Source: Cyanobacteria bacterium P01_F01_bin.150 | GTDB taxonomy: Bacteria > Cyanobacteriota > Cyanobacteriia > CAKZMO01 | Reading direction: 5' to 3' | Assembly (NCBI GenBank): GCA_039189765.1 | Contig: JBCCYL010000019.1 | Span: 1 to 64,000 of the forward strand | DNA length: 64,000 bases | Shown here: positions 50,101 through 60,228 of the stretch, in pieces | Numbering within the stretch: the first letter of the stretch is position 1 | Layout: each line of letters opens with the position of its first letter | Made by a program: the position numbers and the translations under genes | The notes under the pieces: generated by a model | Database searches by the model: none | Told to the model about the DNA's origin: nothing | Seen by the model: the letters and a program-made list of their open reading frames with translations, nothing else

Positions 50101-51609
50101 TCGATTATCCACCTCTGTGTCAGCAGGTTCCCAGTCTCCTTCCTGTACAGCTTTTGCATAGTCATCATCCTTTCCCGATGCCAGCCCTCTGGGAGTGAGC
50201 TTATTCTCGGTGATTAAACTAACCGCATCTGGAGCTAATAATGAACTAATCGTGGTCGGATCATTCTTTTTTACTGAATGATTGCCTTGATTAACTTGGG
50301 CCTTCTCTTCTACAGTTCTGAGTGGAACTTTGCCAATTTCTTGAAAAACATGGAGGTTGGCTTGATTTCCCTCATCTTTATCGTCTACTCGTCCACTGAT
50401 AATTTGACCATTGGTTTCACCAAAGACAATTTCTGAGTCCTCCGCTGATGTGTTTAAGCAGGAGTGTTCAGAACTAATTAGAAATGCTTCGAACTTAGCA
50501 GGCTTGCCAATCAAAATGTTGCTATCAGTGTGAATCGCTCCATTCCAATTAAACTTTGGACCAGGGAATACTTCGAAGTCGTTGCGGAACCATGCTCCCC
50601 ACTTATTGCCGGTATTAATCTTTCGATCTTGATGAAACTCAATAGTTGCCACTGTTCCTGTACTGTCAACCATCAAATCCCCATTTGGATCTTCTGGCTC
50701 AATCGCAGGAACAACAACAGCATTGACTTGAAAATTCTTAACTCTTTCTGCAGTGCTTGTAGAACCCTGTAGCCATCCAGCGATAGGATTTGAAGTGATG
50801 TTCTTACATTTGGGACCTTTAGCCGCCAAACTAAGAGGCCCATGACGAACCTGTAGAGAATTCGCCCGATTTTGAACCGCTGGATCCCTCGTATCCTCTA
50901 GTTCATCAATGTCGGCAGGTGTATCGAACAGGATTGAATAAGCAACCCAGGCATCAGGCAACCCATTGCCATCGGTATCAGCTTTAAATTTCCATGCATT
51001 GTCGTCTCCGTCTCCATCCAGATCTATACGCTCTTCTTCTGAGTTAAATGAGGTTTCATCATCGTCAGGAAACGTATATGGATCGGTAACAGGAGTCCCA
51101 TCTAAAAGCAGGGGCTTGTAAGCAGGTAAGGTGATACCATCATTTAGCATCATCGCATGGAGCCTGTCTTCACCATTGACTCGTTTCTTTAAAAAACGAT
51201 CATCTTTGTCAAAAAGAAGCTCAAGTTTTGCTTTTGCTCGATCAATCGCTGGCGTAGCCGCATTGTAAATCACTTGTTGCTGTCTCTGCCCAATAGTTTG
51301 TTGCGTTCTAGAGAGCGTTCTAAGACTGATAGAACCAACGGCTAAAGACACAACCAAGAGGAGCAAAACTGTAGTTGGCAGAATAAATCCCGCCGAGCGC
51401 TGTAGACGCGGATGATTTATCGTAAAACGGAACAAAAATCTAATAAGTTGGCCCACTAGACGAGCCATTAGTCTTGTGCAACCACCTGAATCAGAATTGA
51501 TAACGCACTTCAACCAATTCTGAATTGCCAGGAACTGCTTACGAATCAACATAGTGATGTCACCTTCTGCAAAGAGCACCGAATAAGTAAAAACAAACAG
51601 CACAGACAA
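47161..51609 (-). CDS. hpsA: Hormogonium polysaccharide biosynthesis protein HpsA
   Basis: AGFILPTTVLLLLVV, IYNAATPAIDRAKAKLE, NKWGAWFRND, YGGLHNFPRFIE; followed by three pseudopilins; start may be ~51552. Confidence 0.85.
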   Translation of the reverse strand: MSVLFVFTYSVLFAEGDITMLIRKQFLAIQNWLKCVINSDSGGCTRLMARLVGQLIRFLFRFTINHPRLQRSAGFILPTTVLLLLVVSLAVGSISLRTLSRTQQTIGQRQQQVIYNAATPAIDRAKAKLELLFDKDDRFLKKRVNGEDRLHAMMLNDGITLPAYKPLLLDGTPVTDPYTFPDDDETSFNSEEERIDLDGDGDDNAWKFKADTDGNGLPDAWVAYSILFDTPADIDELEDTRDPAVQNRANSLQVRHGPLSLAAKGPKCKNITSNPIAGWLQGSTSTAERVKNFQVNAVVVPAIEPEDPNGDLMVDSTGTVATIEFHQDRKINTGNKWGAWFRNDFEVFPGPKFNWNGAIHTDSNILIGKPAKFEAFLISSEHSCLNTSAEDSEIVFGETNGQIISGRVDDKDEGNQANLHVFQEIGKVPLRTVEEKAQVNQGNHSVKKNDPTTISSLLAPDAVSLITENKLTPRGLASGKDDDYAKAVQEGDWEPADTEVDNRANRFDSQIVTNESDTTQADDVYRADNRAGPAPAYDTEGDGLVTLADLGKNAGDVLTAADNAEIFASGSTAYPDDPTGVALDGYWENRARVEGMRVIVGQRLELSEPLEVFDGTSCDVGGNNEGRCHEARQRRTWDDNLSAVQATAVYHANPRGSATDNDQPLACLATTVHPGTPETLENAATFLNLAEGGTNPAYPLMISDFFNGYGTNGWEFEAPSFTAGNFNLSDSSSAMSKALKNLAHFAGDPNGGAPSFNAIQTDGVQHPYPEMAKWGDFSILRRILDGSSNYASLSPADKTTLQTSACMLGMLAYNVNYLTTFNYGEINESLLKSLNTTFDPNSTLARFIATKEQVELDLNSGYEPSASDLNFCPAEMAALDLPALAALCPSGHKYPILYSLFPEDSHADTTRGDEVARPYDGYISGENASYNYAEVNPAAIALKPKARGSWALPSDLNPAGVGYAGNAPNNNGDVLIVCEDEVCSPGATGTRTVRVGFKDSALYDGRQLMSVRTLDLNMDLLRQSEFGTGDYWLPLGDPTVGEGGIIYAFREDALREDSIVRPATGGASAGTCSNDIILQSTGDCQMNAADPDFALMSEDATDPPLATNGISLKPIDYYADPDRRPYGFRLKRGKRLDRDDDNGVGIAFISDDPVYISGDFNWHQSLGSNLEDPNKQLQEFTDKLDLATYDDFYGRGADPTKLDENFATPDGDSWRSAEVMSDAVTILSNNFCDGSVADIFEFVGSTTKQVSNVDTKYGCNSSLETTSYLNQPLPADASWVRQGGGTSTPYVIRPSGNPAVSGGTGEFAGNFGGIRGNRDNRLLPGTRTTVNAGLYSRIIPSRETQSYGGLHNFPRFIESWEDDNGSVSAIIQGAFYQLDFSRLATAPYDQLVWEPRPVTSTPTSSLTEDTTQAIFHEYYNPPGRAWGYDVALQFAPAGPIASRLISPDSSRSEFYTEPPVNDPYIYNLCRTLEGEGAICPAP

Positions 51610-52432
51610 GAGCTGTTACGCAAACTCCACCATTAACTTTTATGTCTGCGCCTCTAAATCTCTGAATATAAAAAGTTGAGTCAAATTTAGTTCAGACTCA
51701 AATGCGAAACTATTCAATTTATTCACCCCTAGGTCGTAAAAAGAAGATTTGCACTACTCTCAATCCGTAAGTGAGTCTCCGTATAAACCGAGACAACATG
51801 CTTAGAGGTGTGTCTCACACAACATCACTTTGCGATCGCCAAGGCTCAACCGCCAGTGAAAAATTTAGCCTAGTCTAAAAGCAGAAATGCACCGATAAGA
51901 GTATAGCGCATTTTACCGAGTTTTTACTGAGAGAGGCTCAGGCATAAGCTCTTATTTATGCTTACTTCATAAAAAATATCCGGATGACTTGTAGGAATTA
52001 TGTAGACGTAAACTTATCTTTAAATGTTCCACAGGCATGAAAGGAGGAGGATTACAAAGTCTTGCATGGTCGCAAGTACGTAGTGATCGGTGTAGCTTTG
52101 GATACTTTCGGGTTAGGCTGTAGAACTCAAGTCAGCGTTACTTTTAATGATTGGTCAGTAGAGGCTCCATGATTCAGCATATTCGCGTTGATTGTCGATC
52201 TAAAATGCCAGAATGATATATTGAGTTCGTCTAAACTGCTTTTCAGTGAGGTTTGTCTCAATTCCTAGTAACGCATTCCCCCTCTCTGTCCATACGTGCT
52301 TTTCTGGACAGTTGTTCATGTATTAGCAGCGATTTAGAGTCCCGAGACAAAAGGTGAGTTTGGTGAGTTTAGCGACTAATATTTAGATGAAAGGGTATTA
52401 CTACCCAAATCGAGTATTGTGATGCGAGACTA

Positions 52433-52473
52433 GATTATCCCGTAATACCTAGTTGAGGTATTACGGGATAATC
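52433..52473. promoter_or_regulatory. Perfect 18-bp inverted repeat just upstream of the Hint gene RBS
   Basis: GATTATCCCGTAATACCT-agttg-AGGTATTACGGGATAATC. Confidence 0.5.
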
Positions 52474-52495
52474 CAAAGTTTATATAAGGAGTTAA

Positions 52496-53725
52496 TTGGC
52501 GATGGCAGCAGCTGGTGATATCGCGTTTGTTGGTTTTAATGCTGATGGAAATGATGGTTTCTCTATTGTTGTTGTCTCTGAATTGGACGGCTCAGCGGAA
52601 CCACTCGAAATCAACTTTACTGATAATGAGTGGGAGGGTTCGGCTTTTGCCGATTTAAATGAAGGCATTTTGTCATGGACAATTGACGGTGTAATCCCAG
52701 CCAACACCGTCATAAATTTTACTAATGTTTCTACAACGCCTGAGATCAGTAGTGATTTGGAAACATCTGTTGGAACCGTCACTGGTTTGATGAATATTAC
52801 AACCGCCAATGAGGCTCTATATGCGGTTGAGGGAATCGTGAGTGAGATTGAGGCTCCAACCAGTTTTCTTGCGGCGATCGCAAACGATTCCGACATCTTA
52901 AATTTAGACAATACTGGTTTAACGCTAGGCCAAACGGCTGTGGAAATTAGCGGAGATGCAGATTTTTTAGTCTACATAGGCGATCGGAATATGAATGCGT
53001 CTGAGCTTCTTGCCAGTATTAATAATTCTGCGAATTGGGAAATTGAAGATGGTCCAGGAGATCAGAGTAATGATGGTATTGGTCGAGACTTACCGTTTGA
53101 ATCTGAACCATTTGAATGTTTTTTGACAGGAACTCGGTTATTGACAGACATAGGGGAAAAGCGGGTGGAGGAGTTGGCGATTGGCGATCGCCTTCAAACC
53201 CTTGATGGCACCCTAGAGAAAATCAAATGGATCGGCATCCAAACCTGCTACAACAACGATAAAACGAATCATCCTCTACGAACCTACCCGATTAAGGTCA
53301 AAGCAGGAGCACTAGGGCCAAACTGCCCCATTCGAGATCTGTATGTTTCTCCTGACCATGCGCTCTTGGTGGAGGGGATTTTAGTCAACGCTGGGGCAAT
53401 GGAAAATGGTGATTCTATTGTGCAAATTCAGCCTACAGACGAAGCCTTTATTTACTATCACATCGAACTAGAACGTCATAGCATTTTGATTGCAGATGGT
53501 GCACCTGCAGAGAGTTATCTACCTCAAAAGCAAGACCGCAACACCTTTGATAATGGTGCAGAATACAGGGCAATGTATCCCGATAGCAATATGCAGGCCC
53601 TCCTGCCAATGAACTATCCACGAGTCAGCAGCAAGCGCCAATTACCTCGCTTTATCGCAAAGCATATTGCAAAGTGTATTTCCACACATAAAGGGCGAGC
53701 GCAAACCACTAAAACTCACGTATAG
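52496..53725 (+). CDS. Hint-domain (bacterial intein-like, Hint_2) protein
   Basis: E|CFLTGTRLLT, LYVSPDHAL, YYHIELERHSILIADGAPAESY; acidic N-terminal domain AGDIAFVGFNADG. Confidence 0.88.
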   Translation: MAMAAAGDIAFVGFNADGNDGFSIVVVSELDGSAEPLEINFTDNEWEGSAFADLNEGILSWTIDGVIPANTVINFTNVSTTPEISSDLETSVGTVTGLMNITTANEALYAVEGIVSEIEAPTSFLAAIANDSDILNLDNTGLTLGQTAVEISGDADFLVYIGDRNMNASELLASINNSANWEIEDGPGDQSNDGIGRDLPFESEPFECFLTGTRLLTDIGEKRVEELAIGDRLQTLDGTLEKIKWIGIQTCYNNDKTNHPLRTYPIKVKAGALGPNCPIRDLYVSPDHALLVEGILVNAGAMENGDSIVQIQPTDEAFIYYHIELERHSILIADGAPAESYLPQKQDRNTFDNGAEYRAMYPDSNMQALLPMNYPRVSSKRQLPRFIAKHIAKCISTHKGRAQTTKTHV

Positions 53726-53822
53726 TGGCTTTCTAAAAAATAATTGAGGGGATAATCACTCAAGGCTTGTCCCCTCACATGCAAAAACTGAGGAATGACT
53801 GCCGCAAGAGACTAGACCCGTA

Positions 53823-55118
53823 TCACTCATCCTCTGGTAATCGTCCATACCAAGGGCTAACTTCTACAACGCCTGTGGTTCGAAAGACAACTCGAAACTG
53901 ACCGACAGAGGTCTGAAAGCTGTTTGCTGCGCTTACTGGAACGGTATCAAAGTCGCTTAAAGGAATGGTATCCACCCATTTTGTCGCCAGTTCATTTACG
54001 GGCTTAAAACCTACCATATCACCACTTTCAGTTACGCCCACACGATAAATTAAATCGTCGGCCAGGTCTTCAGGACGTTTCCACGCCTGATCAATGCGAT
54101 TCCTAAGCTGAAGCGTTAAAGTATCTAGTTGATCTGGGTCCGCAATGGGCTGGGCTGTTCCCAAAATCTTATCAATTTCCGCAGCATCCGGTTGCTCCGA
54201 AAGCACAGCTTTCGGAGCACTATCAACCGTGGCATCCCTTTCATCGTCAATGATAACAGCGTTAGCTTCACTATCCGTTGCCGCTGAGACTATATTCCCA
54301 CTATCCCGAGCCTGACCACTGGCAGATGTCACATCATTAGCGTTAGAGGCAGAAGCCGTTTGCCCAGGGGTAATAGAGGAACCAGAGGATGCATCAGACC
54401 CAGCATCCCCAGCATCTATCTCTTCTTCCTCCGTGACGGGTGGATCGTCTCCGGTCCCAGAGGTATTAGGAGTTGTGCCATCAGACTCTAGACCTGGAGC
54501 CAACTCCTCAGTGACGGGTCGAGGCTCAATTTCTGGTGGATTAATTTTAGGCACTGGCAGGAGGAAGAGGGCGATCGCTGCTACAGCCAAACTAGACACA
54601 CCAAGGGCCGCAGGTAATAACTTGTCAGCAACTGGTTCCTGAGTTGCGACGTAGCGCCGTGGCAAAGGAGATAGATCGACCCCCAACGCAGGTAACGTTT
54701 GATCATCCGCCACAAGCTGGTCCACCGTTTCAACTAAGTCAAAAAGCTGAATGGTCTTCAAATCGACCTGATACTTACTCGGATCAGACTCGCTAGCAGC
54801 TTGATTGACCGTAAGGCGATGTAAATCTTCTCCAAGGGGCTGTAGCTGAACCCGTGCGACAGATTTAGTCTTGGATGCTTCAGGGCGGGTAATACCGCTT
54901 AAGACTTCTTGCACATATTGGCTGACGGCATAGACTAATCCATCCAGCAATTCTTGGCCCCCTGTTAACGGAGTGTCGTATCCAGCAAAGTGACACTCCA
55001 CACTGGTAACCGCTGAAATCAGAGGATTTTCTTTGTCTGCAATAGCTCCATTGCTGTCAGCAGGGCCTTCTAACACCAACTTGCAATTGGGTCGATTGTA
55101 TTGGCGTTGAATGGTCAT
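53823..55118 (-). CDS. DUF4335-family protein
   Basis: RQYNRPNCKLVLEG, QLFDLVETVDQ, one TM segment; coupled to DUF3038. Confidence 0.75.
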   Translation of the reverse strand: MTIQRQYNRPNCKLVLEGPADSNGAIADKENPLISAVTSVECHFAGYDTPLTGGQELLDGLVYAVSQYVQEVLSGITRPEASKTKSVARVQLQPLGEDLHRLTVNQAASESDPSKYQVDLKTIQLFDLVETVDQLVADDQTLPALGVDLSPLPRRYVATQEPVADKLLPAALGVSSLAVAAIALFLLPVPKINPPEIEPRPVTEELAPGLESDGTTPNTSGTGDDPPVTEEEEIDAGDAGSDASSGSSITPGQTASASNANDVTSASGQARDSGNIVSAATDSEANAVIIDDERDATVDSAPKAVLSEQPDAAEIDKILGTAQPIADPDQLDTLTLQLRNRIDQAWKRPEDLADDLIYRVGVTESGDMVGFKPVNELATKWVDTIPLSDFDTVPVSAANSFQTSVGQFRVVFRTTGVVEVSPWYGRLPEDE

Positions 55119-55726
55119 GCGACTTCTCCATCAAAGAGGCTACTCCAAATCCGCTGTGGGCCAGCAGTGCCCGTACAGAATAGTAGTTTACGAAGCAAAT
55201 CTATGGCAAGCTGATTCAGTTTCTCATCCGTATCATAGGCCATAACGCCGGTACGATTGGGGTTCATGCGGGCACGAAAATGAGTACGGAACCGATTCAA
55301 ATAGGCGGCCAACCAAGGAAACTGCTTTAGCTCTAGACTTTGATCCTGCTGCTGTTGGTGCGATCGCAATAGCTGTAGCAAGATCACCGTTGCATTAGAC
55401 TGCTTAGCCCAATAACACGCAATAATCACTAAAGCCTTCGCCTCATCTAAGGTTAAGGGTCTCCGTTGGCTATTGCGGCGCAGTGGATTTGTACTTCTTA
55501 GCTGCCAGAGCACTACCCTGCTTTTGATAATATCTTGTAGTTCAAGTTCTTTTGTTATTTTTAAAAACGATTGAGCCCCAGTCAAATCAATGGCTTCAAT
55601 AGCTAGCAACAGTAGATCGAGCTGCAATCGCACCCGACGAGGACAGGACTTGTCCAAAATAGGTGGATTGGGGAGAGTATCCAGAATAGCTGGAACCGAA
55701 GGGGACGATGAGCTTGACACTTGCAT
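55115..55726 (-). CDS. DUF3038-family protein
   Basis: LDLLLLAIEAI, WQLRSTNPLR, LLFCTGTAG.QR.W.SLFDGE. Confidence 0.8.
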   Translation of the reverse strand: MQVSSSSSPSVPAILDTLPNPPILDKSCPRRVRLQLDLLLLAIEAIDLTGAQSFLKITKELELQDIIKSRVVLWQLRSTNPLRRNSQRRPLTLDEAKALVIIACYWAKQSNATVILLQLLRSHQQQQDQSLELKQFPWLAAYLNRFRTHFRARMNPNRTGVMAYDTDEKLNQLAIDLLRKLLFCTGTAGPQRIWSSLFDGEVA

Positions 55727-55950
55727 AAACAGGAATAGATAGAAAGTTTAACGCTGTATTGAACAGTCGATAACCGATAAAAATGTCAGTACTAGAAATC
55801 AGATAGTTTCCAATACACAACAGACTTAAATCTACCAGTTTAAGGTACCCAAACAGGGTAGACCACCCATCAATAAAAAGATTGTCCCAGTGATCTACCC
55901 TTTACCTTCAAAGCCATTTATGAACGGCAAAGTTCAAAGCCATGCAAACA

Positions 55951-56235
55951 TCAGCCTTCAACCTTAACCCCGTTCCAGAAGGCGACATAGCCTTCGATGT
56001 TCTTTGCTTTTTCTTTTGCTTCTGGGTAATACCATGCCGCATTTGAGTTAACCTGACCTTCTACTGCGATATCGTAATAACTGGCTATCCCTTTCCAGAA
56101 ACAGCTAGTGCGCTTATCGCTAGGAGTTAAATACTCCATTTTGACGGCATCGGCAGGAAAGTATTGATTCCCCTCAACTACCTCACACTGATCACTTTCT
56201 GCAATAACGGCACCATTCCAAACTGCTCTAGGCAT
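55951..56235 (-). CDS. DUF427-family protein
   Basis: VEGNQYFP, CFWKGIASYY, AAWYYP. Confidence 0.88.
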   Translation of the reverse strand: MPRAVWNGAVIAESDQCEVVEGNQYFPADAVKMEYLTPSDKRTSCFWKGIASYYDIAVEGQVNSNAAWYYPEAKEKAKNIEGYVAFWNGVKVEG

Positions 56236-56519
56236 TGTTTACTCCTGAAACATTTTTTATAAAGTCAATCGAGAATCTGGCTGAACTATTGCTTATTGTA
56301 ACGGTCGAATGAGTAGGCTAGGGCGTGAAAGCATAAATCCCCATTAAAATAGCTCCAGGTTTGGCACGCAAGTGTTTGCATCCGGTAGGATAAACTCGAT
56401 GACTGATTTTAAGCCCGATCTTTAGAATTTTGAGCTTTGAAGACCTCTTCTTTGAGCTTTGTACAGCTTTCCGTTTACAGGATTAGTTAGACCGTTCACA
56501 GGCAACCCAGGCAGCAATT

Positions 56520-58532
56520 ATGACACCGTCATCATCACCTATTTCTCAAAAAGCATCTTCCCAGGACACTTCTTTCCAAAAGTCTCCTCTCCATCAATCC
56601 ATCGACTATCGCTTTGCTAAAGCTATTCCAGACATATGGGCGGTGACCGCTGAGAAATTTGGCGATCGCATCACTGCCCTCAATGATCCCCATTCGAAGC
56701 CAACGGTGACGTTTACCTACGCTCAACTCCACAGCGCAATTCAGCAGTTTGCCTCTGGATTGCAGGCATTGGGTGTGGTGAAGGGCGATCGCATTGCCCT
56801 GTTTTCCGACAACAGCCCATATTGGTTTATTGCGGATCAGGGAACGATGACAGCTGGGGCCGTAAATGCAGTCCGTAGCTCCCAGGCCGATCGAGATGAG
56901 CTGCTGTATATCTTAGAAAATAGCGGTAGCACTGGACTAGTCGTCCAAAATGTAGCCACTTTTAAGCTGCTTGCTGATGCGCTGGATGACTACCCCATCG
57001 GCTTCGTCATTATGTTATCCAATGAAGATGCGCCGACTCATAACAATCTAAAAATTCTTAATTGGACCCAATTTCAAACCCTAGGAGCTAGCCAAGATCT
57101 TCAGCCCGTTGAGCAATCACCAGATGATCTGGCAACCCTAATCTATACCTCTGGCACCAGTGGTCGCCCCAAGGGTGTAATGCTGAATCACAGCAATTTG
57201 CTACACCAAGTCAATACGGTCCCGACTGTGGTTACCCTAACACCAGGAGAGCGGGTATTAAGCCTATTGCCTAGCTGGCATTCCTATGAGCGGACCTTTG
57301 AATATTTTGTACTCTCCCAAGGCTGTAGCCAAATCTACACATCAATTCGCTACATTAAAAAGGACCTCAAAGCTTACAAGCCCCAGTATATGGTTGGCGT
57401 TCCTCGCATCTGGGAATCCATTTATGAAGGGGTACAAAAACAACTGCGGGAACAACCCCAAAATAAACAGGCTCTAGTTAATTTCTTCTTGGGTAAGAGC
57501 CAAGCCTACATTAAAGCAAGACGAAAAGCCCAAAATGTTGATACAGAGGCGTTGGATGCATCTGCAATGGAGCGGTTTATAGCCCGGCTTCAATGTTTGT
57601 TGCTAGCTCCTTTGCATTGGTTGGGCGATCGCCTAGTCTACAAGACTATCCGAGAAGCGACTGGAGGTGAAGTGAAGTTCCTGATCAGTGGCGGCGGTTC
57701 CTTTGCCAAACACCTCGATCTGTTTTTTGAGCTGATTAACGTCAATATTCTCCAGGGCTATGGCCTAACCGAAACGTCTCCAATCGCGACCGTGCGTCTG
57801 CCAAAACAAAACCTGCGTGGCACGTCAGGGCCACCGCTACCTGAAACCGAGATCCGGATTGCGGATTTGGAGTCGGGCCAGCCATTGCCCAGGGGCCAGA
57901 AAGGCGCAATTTTGATTCGCGGCCCCCAAGTAATGCAAGGTTACTATAAAAATCCAGAGGCCACAGCCAAAGCCCTTGATTCCGAAGGCTGGTTTAATAG
58001 CGGTGACTTGGGCTGGGTGGCACCCAAAGGAGACTTGACGATTACAGGTCGAGCAAAAGATACGATAGTACTGACCAGTGGTGAAAATATTGAACCCCAG
58101 CCTCTAGAAGATGCCTGCACCCGCAGTGCCTACGTGGACCAGATGATGGTGGTGGGGCAAGACCAAAAAGTATTAGGTGCGTTAATTGTCCCTAATCTCA
58201 CGGCCCTAGGCCAGTGGGCTGCTAGCCAACAATTACAGTTAAATCTCCCAGATGATTGTCAGCTAGAGCTGCCGGAGTCTGGCATTGTGGGCAGTGAAGG
58301 AGGGGCAGCGATCGCCCTCAACGATGCCCAAGTTCAAGCCCTTTTCAAGGCCGAACTGATCCGAGAGGTTAAAGACCGTCCAGGCTACCGTCCTGACGAT
58401 CGCATCGGGCCATTTATTCTAATTGACGAACCCTTCTCCCCCGATCGGGGCACGATGACTCAAACTCTGAAAATTAAGCGTCCGGTCGTTACTCAAAAGT
58501 ATCAGGGCACAATCGACAAGTTGTTTGTCTAA
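56520..58532 (+). CDS. Long-chain acyl-ACP/CoA synthetase
   Basis: YTSGTSGRPKGV, GYGLTETSP, WFNSGDLG, GRAKD. Confidence 0.92.
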   Translation: MTPSSSPISQKASSQDTSFQKSPLHQSIDYRFAKAIPDIWAVTAEKFGDRITALNDPHSKPTVTFTYAQLHSAIQQFASGLQALGVVKGDRIALFSDNSPYWFIADQGTMTAGAVNAVRSSQADRDELLYILENSGSTGLVVQNVATFKLLADALDDYPIGFVIMLSNEDAPTHNNLKILNWTQFQTLGASQDLQPVEQSPDDLATLIYTSGTSGRPKGVMLNHSNLLHQVNTVPTVVTLTPGERVLSLLPSWHSYERTFEYFVLSQGCSQIYTSIRYIKKDLKAYKPQYMVGVPRIWESIYEGVQKQLREQPQNKQALVNFFLGKSQAYIKARRKAQNVDTEALDASAMERFIARLQCLLLAPLHWLGDRLVYKTIREATGGEVKFLISGGGSFAKHLDLFFELINVNILQGYGLTETSPIATVRLPKQNLRGTSGPPLPETEIRIADLESGQPLPRGQKGAILIRGPQVMQGYYKNPEATAKALDSEGWFNSGDLGWVAPKGDLTITGRAKDTIVLTSGENIEPQPLEDACTRSAYVDQMMVVGQDQKVLGALIVPNLTALGQWAASQQLQLNLPDDCQLELPESGIVGSEGGAAIALNDAQVQALFKAELIREVKDRPGYRPDDRIGPFILIDEPFSPDRGTMTQTLKIKRPVVTQKYQGTIDKLFV

Positions 58533-58543
58533 ATGCTCTAGAA

Positions 58544-58580
58544 CGTTTTTGTGGGGGCGCAAAGTGCCCCCACAAAAACG
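58544..58580. terminator. Hairpin between convergent genes
   Basis: CGTTTTTGTGGGGGCGC-aaa-GTGCCCCCACAAAAACG. Confidence 0.65.
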
Positions 58581-58594
58581 CCTTCGTCCTATTG

Positions 58595-59224
58595 CTAAAT
58601 CATTTTGTCATCTAACGATGAAACACAGAATAGAAGGCACCCTTGAGTTGTCCGCGGCTGATGGGCTGTATCGGCATGGGAAAAAATGCGATCGCCCGGT
58701 GAATAGACCTGCTCATCGACTACAAAATCTCCTGCCAATACCAAAACTTCCTCTCCTGCCGCATGATGATGATTCGGAAAGACTTCGGCGGTTGTCGCTC
58801 TGACAAAAAAGGCTACTGAGCGTGAGTCCTGATCGATCTCGTAGATCGCCATTGCTCCATTTTCCATCCCTGGCAACAGTTGCCAAGCTAGCCCTTCCGA
58901 TTTTTGCTTAAGATCATTGATGGATTGTGTCAATAAATGGAAGAGGCTGGACTGGGCCTGCGATGAAGGCGTTTCCTCAATCCGCTCAAATAGACGGGTC
59001 TTTAAATCGGATGATAAGGGAACAGGAGGAGTACTGTAGGGAATGGCGGCGATCGCAGCTTGTAATTCAGCCATTTCTTCTGCTAAGGTCGCATCGCTAA
59101 TATCGTTCTTGATGCTTACATCAGTTGCATCGCCATCCGTGAGGAAATTCAGGGCATAATCAGTGGCCCGGTCAGTAAATTCAGCGTTGCTAGCGTCCTG
59201 TGGTGTCATATCTGGAGCATTCAT
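58595..59224 (-). CDS. Anti-sigma factor with ChrR-like cupin domain
   Basis: DYAL..L anti-sigma N-terminus; PNHHHAAGEEVLVLAG...HQP cupin; follows ECF sigma. Confidence 0.8.
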   Translation of the reverse strand: MNAPDMTPQDASNAEFTDRATDYALNFLTDGDATDVSIKNDISDATLAEEMAELQAAIAAIPYSTPPVPLSSDLKTRLFERIEETPSSQAQSSLFHLLTQSINDLKQKSEGLAWQLLPGMENGAMAIYEIDQDSRSVAFFVRATTAEVFPNHHHAAGEEVLVLAGDFVVDEQVYSPGDRIFSHADTAHQPRTTQGCLLFCVSSLDDKMI

Positions 59225-59312
59225 ACTGGCTTACGCTCTTCCCCTACTTCAATATACGAAAAATATGATGAATTGGTTCTGTGATGTCGTTTTTAGTGGC
59301 GAGGTACATGCA

Positions 59313-59873
59313 TTAGTTCATGTCTAGAAGTCCGCGTAATTTACTGAGTCCAAGCCGCACTCGCGTTTTAACTGTTCCCACAGAGGTTCCCATTTTGTTT
59401 GCGATTTCCGACTGACTCATGCCTTGGTAATAAGCGAACTCAATTACCTGGCGTTGTTCTAGCGGTAGCTCATCCATGGCAGATAAGACGCGATCGCGCC
59501 GTTCGCTAATCATCAGCATTTCATCCGGTGTCCCACTAGTGCTAGCCATGTCAGACTTTGCTTCAATTGCGGACGCTTCGAATGCTGATGCATATTTCTG
59601 GCGTTTTCTCCAGCGATCGATAGCACGGCTACGGACCATTAAAAATAGCCATCCGTCCACGCGGCCTCGTTTCGCATTGTAGGTCGCTGCTTTTTTCCAA
59701 ACATAACTCAATACGTCTAAAACAACTTCCTCGGCTTCCTCGGCAGAACCCAGAACTTTAAACGCCAAACTATACATGATCCGAGCATAGCGATCATAAA
59801 GTTGGCTAAGGGCAGATTGATCCTGCTCAATAATTTTTTGAAGCAGACTAACGTCGTCAATCGATTGGTACAC
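59313..59873 (-). CDS. ECF RNA polymerase sigma-70 factor
   Basis: LYDRY, RSRAIDR, SQSEIA..GTVKTRVRLGL. Confidence 0.93.
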   Translation of the reverse strand: MYQSIDDVSLLQKIIEQDQSALSQLYDRYARIMYSLAFKVLGSAEEAEEVVLDVLSYVWKKAATYNAKRGRVDGWLFLMVRSRAIDRWRKRQKYASAFEASAIEAKSDMASTSGTPDEMLMISERRDRVLSAMDELPLEQRQVIEFAYYQGMSQSEIANKMGTSVGTVKTRVRLGLSKLRGLLDMN

Positions 59874-60228
59874 CGTTGTTTTACGTTTAATTAGAAAAAA
59901 AGATTGGGCAACAGAGATCCAAATTTAAAATTCGGACGTATACCCTTACAGATGACTCAAAAACAAGTTTTTCCATCGCTGGGTTGGAGTTAGCCTGGGA
60001 CACCATTCGGTCTCTTGAGGGCAAAATGCTCCAGTCTCAGTCACATCCAATTTGTTTACATTCTCTCCTATTGCGGGACAGGGTGACGGAGTCGTTTACC
60101 TATATTTTCAAGCATAGACGGTTAATTCTGCATGAGCAGGATTTCCGTTTACGCCAAACACAATGATGGTAAGCCCTCCATGCCATCACTAACAACGAGT
60201 CATTCAATGCAAAGGAAATATTTAAGCT

